Positions 45,536 to 55,077 of a DNA stretch of 64,000 bases are shown here, piece by piece. The stretch is taken from positions 160,001 through 224,000 of the forward strand of contig CAVTBU010000008.1 of the NCBI GenBank assembly GCA_963733035.1. Reading direction: 5' to 3'. How positions within the stretch are numbered: position 1 is the stretch's first letter; every line of letters starts with the position of its first letter. Source of the DNA: Pirellulales bacterium. Lineage in GTDB: Bacteria > Planctomycetota > Planctomycetia > Pirellulales > PALSA-1355. A program made the position numbers and the translations under genes. Under the pieces are notes generated by a model. That model was not told the origin of the DNA and made no database searches. It saw only the letters and a program-made list of their open reading frames with translations.

Positions 45536-46093
45536 ATGAAGCCGATCCTCGCTTGCGTCATCGTATTGGTGGCTTGCCAATCCGCACTCGCCCAGTGCTG
45601 CTGCGATCACTGCGGCTGCCAGTCCAATTGCCAAAAGGTCTGTCGTGTCGTGTGCGAAGTCAAAAAGGTTCCCAAGATCACCTACTGCTGCGAATGCGAA
45701 GACATCTGCATTCCAGGGCGAAGTTGTCGCTGCAAAGTCTGTGACGAATGCGGCCACCACAAAATCGTCTACACGCCGACTTGCGGCGAGGTCATCACTC
45801 GCAAGAAGCCCGTCAGGAAGGAAACCTTGGAAGAGAAGGTAACCTACAAGTGGGTCGTCGAAACGCTCTGTTGCAACTGCGCTAAGCGGTGTGCGGCAAC
45901 CGATCAGGCGACGCCGCCGCTGGATGACCGGGAGATGGCCGCGCGAATTCCAACGGTGTCAGACAACGCAACCGCGCTACCCGTTGGTTTTCAGTCACCG
46001 ACCGACGAGCAGCCTGTCGCCGAAACCGAAGCCGGGGAGACCAGTCGGTTTGACTTACGGCGAATTCTTCGGCCGTGGGCCGGGCAGAAATAG
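45536..46093 (+). CDS. secreted cysteine-rich protein
   Basis: Signal peptide ending ALA; about 21 Cys in the following 100 aa; AAGGGA RBS. Confidence 0.7.
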   Translation: MKPILACVIVLVACQSALAQCCCDHCGCQSNCQKVCRVVCEVKKVPKITYCCECEDICIPGRSCRCKVCDECGHHKIVYTPTCGEVITRKKPVRKETLEEKVTYKWVVETLCCNCAKRCAATDQATPPLDDREMAARIPTVSDNATALPVGFQSPTDEQPVAETEAGETSRFDLRRILRPWAGQK

Positions 46094-46329
46094 CCGCTCG
46101 TCAGACGACTTGCGTCGAGCGACGCAATGCCCCCCGGGAATCGATGGCCAGGGGCGGGCACCGGACCGCGGCCGAAATTTCGTCGCGGCGAAGCGCCCCG
46201 CCAAAAATCTGGGCAGCTGGACTCCGATCGCAGAGTGTTTGGCGCTGCGGTGGTCCGCCGGGGGGCTCGCAGATATAATGAGGGCGACAACTTCGACACG
46301 TTTCCCTCATTTGAATACGCAGCGTCGCA

Positions 46330-47073
46330 ATGGCCAGGCGACTTGACATCGACCGCCTTCTGCAGGAGTGGCCGTACGAGCCGGGCGAAATCAGTGCGCA
46401 CCTGGTGAAGGCGGTTGGCGGCCGAGAAGTGCTGCAAATGCGGGTGGAAATGGGCGTGCTGCAGCTCGAAACGACCGGCCGGCCGGATGGCGAACGCCCC
46501 GGCGGGCTGTCGACCTATTTTGACCTGCTGCAACAAGTGGCCGCCGAGGAAGGAAACGACGTGTTCGTGCTCGACGGCGAACAATGCGCCGAGGCCGACC
46601 GCGAGTTCATGCAGTATTACCACCGCCGCGTGTGCTGGCTGGCGCTGCGAGAATTTCGCCGGGCGGCCGTCGACGCCGAGCACACGCTCGGACTAATGGA
46701 CTTCTGCCGCGACCACTCCCCCTCCGAGGAATGGACCCTGTCGCACGAACAGTACCGACCGTTCGTTCTGTTCCACCGCACCCAGGCCGCCACCTTGGCG
46801 CGACTGGAGGAAGAAGGGGCGGAAGCCGCCATGCAGGAAATCAACGGCGGCTTAAACGAGTTCCACGACCTGTTCGTTCAATACGACGCCGAAGAGCAGT
46901 TCGACGACGACGACCTGGTGTGCCGTCTGCAGGAACTCCGAGACACCCTGCGGCAGCAATACAAGGTCAAGCCCACGCTCGCCGAGCAATTGGCCCAAGC
47001 CGTGGCTGACGAGCAATACGAGCTAGCTGCCAAGCTCCGCGACGAACTCTCGCGCCGCAACAAGTCCGCCTGA
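46330..47073 (+). CDS. UvrB/UvrC (UVR) motif-containing protein
   Basis: C-terminal LAQAVADEQYELAAKLRDEL; LQMRVEMGVLQLETTGRPDGERP; TATAAT upstream. Confidence 0.8.
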   Translation: MARRLDIDRLLQEWPYEPGEISAHLVKAVGGREVLQMRVEMGVLQLETTGRPDGERPGGLSTYFDLLQQVAAEEGNDVFVLDGEQCAEADREFMQYYHRRVCWLALREFRRAAVDAEHTLGLMDFCRDHSPSEEWTLSHEQYRPFVLFHRTQAATLARLEEEGAEAAMQEINGGLNEFHDLFVQYDAEEQFDDDDLVCRLQELRDTLRQQYKVKPTLAEQLAQAVADEQYELAAKLRDELSRRNKSA

Positions 47074-47270
47074 TCGCGGCCTTTGCTGGTTCGCGCAAAA
47101 GCGAGGTTCTCAAGTCGTCCGTCACACGACCTTCCCGCGGCCCCGCCATCTCCGCCTGCGCCCCGGTAAAGTACGTCGACTCTATGGGTGAACAAATCGT
47201 TGCGGCAAACCTGCGCACCATGATCAGCTTTGCAGGCAATAGCGGTTTTGTAATTTCGAATTGTAAATCC

Positions 47271-47290
47271 GTACACTACCACTAGTGTAC
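47271..47290. promoter_or_regulatory. palindromic operator or upstream activator site
   Basis: Perfect GTACACTA-ccac-TAGTGTAC in AT-rich DNA about 75 nt upstream of the sigma54 motif. Confidence 0.5.
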
Positions 47291-47363
47291 AAACATCGGG
47301 GCTCCCCGCGCAACTCTCGATTCTTCAACGCAATAGCAATTCGCCAAGATTTTCGAGTGCCTT

Positions 47364-47379
47364 TGGCACGCCCGCTGCT
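47364..47379 (+). promoter_or_regulatory. sigma54 (-24/-12) promoter of csrA
   Basis: TGGCACG-CCCG-CTGCT versus consensus TGGCACG-N4-TTGCW, with exact GG-N10-GC spacing. Confidence 0.7.
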
Positions 47380-47452
47380 TTAGGGACCAGCAACCGGAAC
47401 AGTTCACCTCTGATAGCATCCCATCTCAATCGAAGACAAAGGAGTGTTTCTC

Positions 47453-47842
47453 ATGTTGGTTCTTACCCGCAAAGCGAAGCAGCAAATTCAAATTGGTCCG
47501 TACGTCACGGTCACGATTCTGCAAGTGAAAGGGCAAGCGGTGCGGGTCGGCATCGAAGCCCCCAAGGATGTCACGGTATTGCGAACCGAGTTGGCCGAGA
47601 AGCTCGTGGACGGCAGCTTCGATCCGACGGTTTCGGCCGCGCTGGAAAAAGTCGAGCGCGAGTCGGAAATATCTTCGGCCCCGAAGCACGAACAAGAGAG
47701 TGGCCGAGCAAAACGCTCAGCCGGTGGGTCCCTGCGATGCCGGGCTCCTCGCGTCGATGTAGCACCATTGACTTCGCCCTACCAGTCGATGGGCCCGGCA
47801 TCGCTTTTACGGCCGCGTCGTCGTCGACTGACGACCAAGTAG
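47453..47842 (+). CDS. csrA: carbon storage regulator with C-terminal extension
   Basis: MLVLTRK..IQIG..VRVGIEAPKDVTVLRTEL; AAGGAG RBS; about 70 aa low-complexity tail. Confidence 0.9.
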   Translation: MLVLTRKAKQQIQIGPYVTVTILQVKGQAVRVGIEAPKDVTVLRTELAEKLVDGSFDPTVSAALEKVERESEISSAPKHEQESGRAKRSAGGSLRCRAPRVDVAPLTSPYQSMGPASLLRPRRRRLTTK

Positions 47843-47971
47843 CAGCGGACACGAATCGGAGCGGAGTGCGTCCACTAAGGGGGCACGCCGAAGTCTCTGC
47901 CCCGAGCTTCGACGTACTGGACGGCTAGATCGACACCCTGGGATTGCCAAGCCACCCGTCGCACCCGCCCG

Positions 47972-48012
47972 CAGAGGCGGCCGCCCATCAGGCGGCCGCC
48001 TCTGTTTTTTTT
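47972..48012 (+). terminator. Rho-independent terminator
   Basis: 14-bp perfect stem CAGAGGCGGCCGCC/GGCGGCCGCCTCTG, 5-nt loop, T8. Confidence 0.9.
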
Positions 48013-48148
48013 CGCCCGCGAAACCGAGTGCATCGCCGTTCCCCGCGCACCGCGCCGAGGTCCGAACTCGGTCGCGAACATGCTACACTCGAAACAGGAG
48101 TGCGACTTCTCCCATCGCCCAAGCTTTCCAAATCCTCCTCGCGCTGCC

Positions 48149-49930
48149 ATGCCCTCTGCCGACGAACTGCTCAGCACCGCCTTGGCTCAGCATCGCTCTG
48201 GCAATCTGCCACGAGCCGAGCAGCTCTACCGACAGGTGTTGGCCCAGGCGCCCGCGGCGGCCGATGCCTGGCACCTGTTCGGCGCGCTGTATGTACAGGA
48301 CGACCGGCCCGCCGAGGGCATCGCGGCCATCGAACGAGCCATCGACCTGAATCCCGCGAATGCCGACTACTACAGTCATTTGGGCGCCGCTCAAAGCAAG
48401 CTCGGCCAACACGAAGCCGCGCTTGAGAACCTCCGCCGCGCGGTCCGCCTGTCGCCGCAGTCAGCCATCTTGCACTACAACCTGGGCACGGCCCTGCGAA
48501 ATGCCGGACAACTGGCAGACGCCGTTGCCAGCTTTCGCCACGCCGTCGCTGCCGACCCTGCGAACTCCGAAGCTCACTTCAACCTGGCCAATGCGCTGCG
48601 CGATCTTGGGCAGTTTGCCGAAGCCGAAACCAGCTTTCGCGCTGCCCTGGAGGCGCGTCCGAACTATGTCAAAGCGATGGTCAACCTCGGTGGAGTCCTC
48701 AACGAACTCGAGCGTCGCGACGAAGGGATCGCCGTACTCATGCGCACCGTCGAGCTCGACCCGCGGCACGCCCGGGCCCACCTCAACCTGGGCAGCATCC
48801 TGCGCGACGCGGGCCGATTTGCCGAAGCCGTCGGCCATCTCGAGACGGCGGTCTCGCTGGCACCGAATCTTGCCGAAGCGCACAACAATCTCGGCACCGC
48901 CTACCAGGCGCTGGCCAGGTTCGACCAAGCGTCGGCATGTTACGAGCGGGCACTCCAGCTCGATCCCCAGCTTCCCGACGCCCATTTTTCGCACGCGACA
49001 AATCTCTTGCGGCTGGGATACCTGACCGAGGGCTTCGCCGAATACGAATGGCGCTGGAAGTGCAGCGGTTTCGCCGACCGCAAGTTCCCACAGCCGCGTT
49101 GGCAAGGCGAACCGCTCACGGCGCGCACGATTCTGCTGTTCGCCGAGCAAGGACTCGGCGACACGCTACAGTTCGTACGCTACGCGGCCGCAGTGCAAGC
49201 CCGCGGCGGCAAAGTGGTCGTCGAATGCCAGCCGCCGGTCGAGCCGATTCTGGCCGCCTGCCGGGGCATCGACCAAATCGTGGCCGCCGGTTCGCAATTG
49301 CCGGCCTTCGATGTTTGGTGCCCGTTGATGAGCCTGCCGGGCGTTCTCAAACTTGACGAAAGCCAACTCTGGCAAGGCCCCTACTTGACGCCCGATCCAG
49401 AACGCGTCGAAAAATGGCGCGCCCGCCTGGCCACGATTCGCGGCTTTCGCGTGGGGCTCTGTTGGCAGGGAAATCCGAAACACCTCTTTGATCGGCAAAG
49501 ATCCTTGCCGCTTGAATTGTTGGCGCCGCTGGCCGCCATTCCCGACGTGCAACTCATCAGCCTGCAGAAGGGCCCTGGCACCGAGCAGATTCGAGCGTGT
49601 TCGTTTCCGCTCCACGAATTGGGCGACACGCTCGATGCCGATGGCGCGTTTCTCGACACAGCCGCCGCCATGCAGCATCTCGATCTCGTGATCGCGGTTG
49701 ATACGGCGCTGGCCCATTTGGCGGGCGCGATGGATCGTCCGGTTTGGATTCCCCTCTCTGCCAACGGCGATTGGCGGTGGACTAGCGATCGCAACGACAG
49801 TCCCTGGTATCCCGGCACGCGGCTTTTCCGGCAGCACCGATTAGACGACTGGAACGAGGTGGTCGAGCGCATCGCCGGCGCCCTTCGCGCTCTGGTTGCC
49901 GAGCGAGACGGACAGTCCCGCGGCGCATAA
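48149..49930 (+). CDS. TPR repeat protein with C-terminal glycosyltransferase (GT9-like) domain
   Basis: About 8 TPRs (AEAHNNLG, AHFNLANAL); YEWRW, EQGLGDTLQFVRY, VGLCWQGNP, DTALAHLAGA, DWRW, SPWYP. Confidence 0.9.
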   Translation: MPSADELLSTALAQHRSGNLPRAEQLYRQVLAQAPAAADAWHLFGALYVQDDRPAEGIAAIERAIDLNPANADYYSHLGAAQSKLGQHEAALENLRRAVRLSPQSAILHYNLGTALRNAGQLADAVASFRHAVAADPANSEAHFNLANALRDLGQFAEAETSFRAALEARPNYVKAMVNLGGVLNELERRDEGIAVLMRTVELDPRHARAHLNLGSILRDAGRFAEAVGHLETAVSLAPNLAEAHNNLGTAYQALARFDQASACYERALQLDPQLPDAHFSHATNLLRLGYLTEGFAEYEWRWKCSGFADRKFPQPRWQGEPLTARTILLFAEQGLGDTLQFVRYAAAVQARGGKVVVECQPPVEPILAACRGIDQIVAAGSQLPAFDVWCPLMSLPGVLKLDESQLWQGPYLTPDPERVEKWRARLATIRGFRVGLCWQGNPKHLFDRQRSLPLELLAPLAAIPDVQLISLQKGPGTEQIRACSFPLHELGDTLDADGAFLDTAAAMQHLDLVIAVDTALAHLAGAMDRPVWIPLSANGDWRWTSDRNDSPWYPGTRLFRQHRLDDWNEVVERIAGALRALVAERDGQSRGA

Positions 49931-49967
49931 AAAACCCCGGAACCTTGCCGCTACAAGATTCCGGGGT
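49929..49967 (-). terminator. minus-strand Rho-independent terminator with no adjacent minus-strand CDS
   Basis: Minus RNA: ACCCCGGAAUCUUG/CAAGGUUCCGGGGU (14 bp, one G.U pair) followed by a U tract. Confidence 0.7.
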
Positions 49968-50075
49968 CACGTGCACGACTGGCCATACGGCCAGCAGGGA
50001 CCCCTTCAGTGTAGCCGGGCTGCCCTGAAACACAAGTTTTCCAGTGGCATTTCCAGGGAGAATCCTGGGCTTCGA
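49929..50075 (-). ncRNA. candidate structured non-coding RNA (family unknown)
   Basis: Several nested complementary segments; G.U pairs work only on the minus strand; ends in a terminator; 5' boundary approximate. Confidence 0.45.
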
Positions 50076-50133
50076 CGACACCACGGCGGCGATGCGTCAG
50101 CCGCGTCGCGAGCCGCCGACGCATCGAAAAGCG

Positions 50134-50163
50134 TTGACGCTGGAAAATCGGGGCGGCTATACT
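50134..50163 (+). promoter_or_regulatory. sigma70-like promoter
   Basis: TTGACG-N18-TATACT upstream of the DUF1549 gene. Confidence 0.55.
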
Positions 50164-50217
50164 GCGACTACCCCACATGCCGGCACTGGCCCAAGCTCCC
50201 GTAAGCCGAGTTGCCCG

Positions 50218-51850
50218 ATGACCTTCCGAACGCCAACCCTCGCCTGCCTCGTGCTTGCCACCGTCGTCGTGTGGCTCGTGCCTCGCACGGCGCGTTGAAG
50301 CCGCGACTCCGGCAAATTCCGATGCACCACCCGAGAATTCAACGGCCAACTTGCGGCTGAGCCCCGGCGATCTAGATGCCCTGATCGACGCCCAACCGGG
50401 CGCCGCCGATCAGCACGCCGATCAATCAGACGCCCAGTTTCTGCGTCGCTTGAGTTTCGACCTCATCGGCCGGCAACCGAAGCTGGACGAACAACGCGAG
50501 TACGCGTCCGACCAATCACCCGATCGCGACCAGCGAACCATTGAACGGTTGCTCGCCAGTGACGAATTCGGCGCGAATTGGGCGAACTACTGGTGCGACA
50601 CGATCGCCTATCGCGTCCCCCCGCCGGAACTGACTTACCTCAACTACCAGCCGCTCAAAACCTGGCTGGCCGGCAAGTTGAACGAAAACGTTCCCTGGAG
50701 CGACATCGTTCGCGCCTTGATCACGGCCACCGGCAAGGTCGACGACGTGCCGGCCGCCACCTTTGTCGGCTATCACGCCGCCAATGCCACGAACCTGGCC
50801 GGCGAAACGAGCCGCATTTTTCTCGGTCAGCAAATTGGCTGCGCCCAATGCCACGATCACCCGTTCGATCGTTGGCAGCGGTCGCAGTTTCATGAGTTGG
50901 CGGCGTTCTTCGCGCGTGCCAAAAGCAAGCTCCCCTGGAACGACGGTGGCGGCACGATCGTGTCGGCGGCCGACAAGGGGGAATACCTGATGCCCGACAT
51001 GGAAGATCCGCGCAAGGAGGGAAGCATGATGCAGCCCACCGTGCTCGATGGCGACCCCTTGGGCAACGGCAAGAGCGATGCCGAGCGGCGCGAGCAGTTG
51101 GCCGCCTGGATCACCTCGCGCGACAACCCCTGGTTCGCCCGCGCCCTGACCAATCGCATCTGGGCCCGCACGATGGGCCGCGGCTTCTACGAACCGATCG
51201 ACGACCTGGGCGATTCTCAAACTCCGCTCTGGAGCGAGGTGCACCAGGCGATCTCGGCCCATTTCAAATCAACCGGCTATGATCTCAAGGATCTGTTCCG
51301 CCTGATCGTCAGCACGAATGCCTATCGGCACGGCGTGCGCACGGCCGACGCGGCAACCGCCGAGACCGCGGCCGAAGCGCCGCTCCGCCTGCGCGGCGAT
51401 GAAGTCTACGCGGCACTCACGGTCGGCATCCAGCTGCCCAACTACACGCCCCCGAAAGTCGAACCGACCGACGCAATTCGTTTTCCGCCACCGCCCAAGA
51501 GCACGCGCGACCTGATTCATGCCGTGTTTGGCAACGACCCGTCGTTCGCGCCGGTCGATGCGCCGCGCACGATGTCGCAGGCACTCTGGATGATGAACAA
51601 CGAACAGTTGCAGGCGCAGATCGACGCCTCGCCCGACAGTGGCACGATGCTGGCCCGGTTGCTCGCCGCCCAGGCGGACGACGCCAATGTAGTTGGCCAG
51701 TTGTACCGCCGCGTGCTGGCCCGCGCGGCGACCGACAGCGAACGGCAACTGGCCCTCGACCACGTGCGCAGCGTCGGCGATCGGCGATCGGCATTCGAAG
51801 ACCTGCTGTGGGGCCTGGTCAACTCCACCGAATTCACCACCCGGCGTTAG
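50218..51850 (+). CDS. DUF1549/DUF1553 (PSCyt2/PSD1) domain protein, frameshift near 50292
   Basis: Signal MTFRTPTLACLVLATVVVW; DAQFLRRLSFDLIGRQP, heme motif CAQCHDHP, NPWFARALTNRIW, EDLLWGLVNSTEF. Confidence 0.9.
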
Positions 51851-51858
51851 GCGGACTC

Positions 51859-53183
51859 GTGCTACACGAACAGACTATTCTCGACGTCGGCATGTCCCCC
51901 TCGGGCGTAATCAGCCGCCGCGGATTCCTCCGCCGCACGGCCGCCGCGAGTCTGGGACTCGGCGCTGCGGCTCGGCTGGCACGACCTGCTCGTGGCCAAG
52001 GCCGACGAACTTCGCCAGCGCGGCAAGTCGATGATCCTCTTGTGGATGGACGGCGGGCCGAGCCAGTACGACACGTTCAATCCCAAGCCGGGCTCCAAGT
52101 ACCAAGGCCCCGCGCATGCCATCAACACCGTGCTGCCCGGCGTGCAAGTGGCCGAAGATTGGCCGCAAATGGCCCGCAAGCTCGACCAGGTAGCCCTCGT
52201 GCGTTCGATGGTCAGCGACGAGAAGGATCATGAGCGCGATCGCGCTGGTGCGAACCGGCTACCATCTGACGCCGGCGGTCCGCTATCCCACGTGGGGCGC
52301 CGTCGTGGCCCGCGATCGCCAGCGCTTCGAAGCGGACTTGCCGTCGTTCGTCCGCATCGGCCGGCCGCGGATCACCACCCGCGACGTCGACGCCGGCGTG
52401 CTGGGCGTTCGCTACAACCCGTTCAAGGTCGACGTGCCGGGCAAGTTGCCGCCGAACGTGGCGCCCACGGTTCCCCCCAGCGTGGTCGAGCGCCGCCTGG
52501 CGCTCACCGAACGGCTCGACGCCGAGTTTGCCAAGCGCGGGGGCAGCCAGGCCGTCGCCGAAAAGCAGGACGTCTATCGCCGCACCTCTCGCATGGTGCT
52601 CAGCCCGCGGGTGGGCGTGTTTGATCTGTCGAACGAGCCCGACCCGTTGCGCGATGCCTACGGCCGCACCGAATTCGGCCAGGGCTGTCTGTTGGCCCGG
52701 CGGTTGGTGGAGCAGGGGGTCAGTTTCGTCGAGGTGATCAGCACCGGTTCGGTCGGCGACCAGGGTTGGGACACGCACAAGCTCGGCTTCGAGCAGAACC
52801 CGCTGTTGTGCAACGAGGCCGACCCGGCCTATGCCACGCTGCTAACCGATCTGGCCGATCGGGGCCTGTTGGAAAACACGCTCGTCGTGTGGATGGGCGA
52901 GTTCGGCCGCACGCCCAAGTTCAAACCCGACGGCGGCCGCGAGCACTACAGCGAAGGCTGGCTCGTGGGCCTCTCCGGCGCCGGCGTGCGCGGCGGCCAG
53001 GTCATCGGCGCCACCGACCCCGACGGCGTGCACGTCACCGATCGCCCGGTGGGCGTGGGCGACCTGTTCATGACCTTCTGCCAGGTGCTGGGCATCGACC
53101 CCACCGAGGAATACATCACCGCCGACCGCCGCCCCATCAAAATCGTCGAGCACGGCGAAGTGATTGGCGAGCTGTTCGGCTAG
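51859..53183 (+). CDS. DUF1501 domain protein, frameshifts near 51968 and 52237
   Basis: SRRGFLRR; LWMDGGPSQYDTFNPK; LLARRLVEQGV, WDTH, GEFGRTP, GREH; directly follows its DUF1549/1553 partner. Confidence 0.88.
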
Positions 53184-53316
53184 CTGCCGCCTGGCGGTTC
53201 GTTTAATGCTTCAGCCTGGGCAGCGACTTTCCCTTGGATCCCAGCCTGTATTACACACTGGACCTGGTGAACGGCGGATTGCGGCCAGCCGAGGCAACTT
53301 CACAGTGTGTCTCGAT

Positions 53317-53345
53317 TTGCTTGCTTCGGCCGCCGCTCGTATCCT
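53317..53345 (+). promoter_or_regulatory. possible sigma70-like promoter for the LRR genes
   Basis: TTGCTT-N17-TATCCT about 40 nt before ATG 53387. Confidence 0.4.
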
Positions 53346-53386
53346 GGCAACCGTGCGTCACCGTCGTCTCTCCCCAGGTATAAGCA

Positions 53387-54199
53387 ATGTATCGAGTCTG
53401 GACCTCACTCACCTGGCGAAAAGCCGCGATTAGCGCCGCGGCTCTATTGATCGCCTGCGGTGCGCTCGCGGTGATGGTTGACAGCAAGCGTGAAAAGGCC
53501 ATCGCCGCCGCGAAGGAATACGGGCGCGTCGTCGGACTCGGTGGCCGTGTTTACAGCGTATCGCTGCATGATCGCGAGGCAGTCGACAAGGTTCTTCCTC
53601 TCCTTCAACATGTGAGTGAACTGCGTGAGCTAAAAATCGGAGGAGTTGATTTGACCGTCGCTGATATTCAACGAATTGGCGAATTGAAAACACTTACTTC
53701 CCTGTGGCTGAACGCATGTGGGCTGCGAGATGCGGAAGTCGCCTCGCTTGACAAACTCACTCAACTGACCGAGCTTCATATGATCAGCAACCCTATCACC
53801 GATCGAGGTCTTCAGCTTCTGGGGAGAATGACGCAACTCAAATACGTAGACCTGAGCGCGACCGAGATTCAAGGTGAAGGTTTGAAGTATCTGGCAGCCG
53901 CGACTGACTTGGAGGAGCTACGGTTGACAAACACTCGAATCGACGACACATCCATCGGCGTATGCGCTCAACTGAAAAACCTAAAGCGTCTGTACTTTTC
54001 TGAGACCGCAATTACTTTGAAGGGGCTAATGGAGCTTGTCAACTTGCATTGGCTACAAAGTATTGGCGTGCCAGACGAAATACCGGCATCAGATCTAATA
54101 AGGTTTCAGGAGGCACTCCTAAAGTCGAGGCGAGCAGCTCGCGAGGCGGGCGAGAATGTTCCGGACAACGACAACCCTCTATTCTCGATACCTTCGTAG
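53387..54199 (+). CDS. leucine-rich repeat protein with N-terminal membrane anchor (copy 1)
   Basis: 24-aa LRRs (LTQLTELHMISNPITDRGLQLLGR, LKYVDLSATEIQGEGLKYL); hydrophobic N-terminus. Confidence 0.88.
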   Translation: MYRVWTSLTWRKAAISAAALLIACGALAVMVDSKREKAIAAAKEYGRVVGLGGRVYSVSLHDREAVDKVLPLLQHVSELRELKIGGVDLTVADIQRIGELKTLTSLWLNACGLRDAEVASLDKLTQLTELHMISNPITDRGLQLLGRMTQLKYVDLSATEIQGEGLKYLAAATDLEELRLTNTRIDDTSIGVCAQLKNLKRLYFSETAITLKGLMELVNLHWLQSIGVPDEIPASDLIRFQEALLKSRRAAREAGENVPDNDNPLFSIPS

Positions 54200-54264
54200 C
54201 AAAGACGATACGGGGCATCGCAAACCCCTAACAGATTCCAGCGAAATCGCATCAAATTAAACGA

Positions 54265-55077
54265 ATGCACCGTCTCTTATCCTCACTCACCTGGCGAAAA
54301 GCCGCGATTATCGCCGGCGCTCTATTGATCGCCTGCGGTGCGCTCGCGGTGATGATCGAAACTCGGCACGCAAAGGCCATCGCCGCCGCGAAGAAGTACG
54401 GGATGGTCCAAACAGTTTCTGGCCGTGTTTACACAGTACGGCTTCTCAATCACAAGGCCGTCGATGAAGTCCTTCCGTTACTCAAGGATGTGCCCGAAAT
54501 GGGTGAATTGATCATCGGCGGTGTTGACCTGACGCCAGCTGATATCCAAATGATCGGAGAACTCACACAGTTGGAAAGCCTGCGGTTGGGAGGATGCGAC
54601 CTGTCGGGCGACGAATTGTCACCACTTGGCAAGCTCAAAAAAATTAGGTCTATTGGTCTGATGAAAAACCCACTTGCGGATCGGGGTATGCGGTTTCTGC
54701 GCGAAATGAAAAAACTGCAGAAGATCGATCTGAATTCAACTACCATTCACGGAGAAGGGATCACATATCTGGTAGATCTGCCAAACCTGAAAGAACTACG
54801 GCTCGAGGGTACGAAAGTCGACGACAGTACCGTCGGTCTATGCGCGAAATTGAGCCGATTACGCAATCTCCGGCTTCATAATACCAAAGTTACTGCCGAT
54901 GGATTAATGCAGTTGACGAACATGTTTTGGCTTGACTCGCTTGGAATTCCGGACGGTATTTCGGAAGCCGCCATGGATTCCATCGCCGAGGCATTCGTCA
55001 AAGAGCGAAAAAAGGCACGAGCATCCGGAAAAGATGTGCCTCCCGGTGACGTGCCGCCTTTTGGGACGTTTTTCTGA
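54265..55077 (+). CDS. leucine-rich repeat protein with N-terminal membrane anchor (copy 2, paralog)
   Basis: Same 270 aa length and colinear with copy 1 (LPNLKELRLEGTKVDD, LRNLRLHNTKVTADGL). Confidence 0.88.
   Translation: MHRLLSSLTWRKAAIIAGALLIACGALAVMIETRHAKAIAAAKKYGMVQTVSGRVYTVRLLNHKAVDEVLPLLKDVPEMGELIIGGVDLTPADIQMIGELTQLESLRLGGCDLSGDELSPLGKLKKIRSIGLMKNPLADRGMRFLREMKKLQKIDLNSTTIHGEGITYLVDLPNLKELRLEGTKVDDSTVGLCAKLSRLRNLRLHNTKVTADGLMQLTNMFWLDSLGIPDGISEAAMDSIAEAFVKERKKARASGKDVPPGDVPPFGTFF

Noticed and set aside
50036..50050. GCCACTG on the minus strand, resembling part of a cobalamin riboswitch
   Set aside because: The other B12-box elements are missing and there is no downstream gene on that strand
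588..53183. Calling the frameshifted genes pseudogenes or programmed frameshifts
   Set aside because: No in-frame stops or decay, housekeeping functions, no slippery heptamers, and a shared CG-run or homopolymer context point to sequencing error
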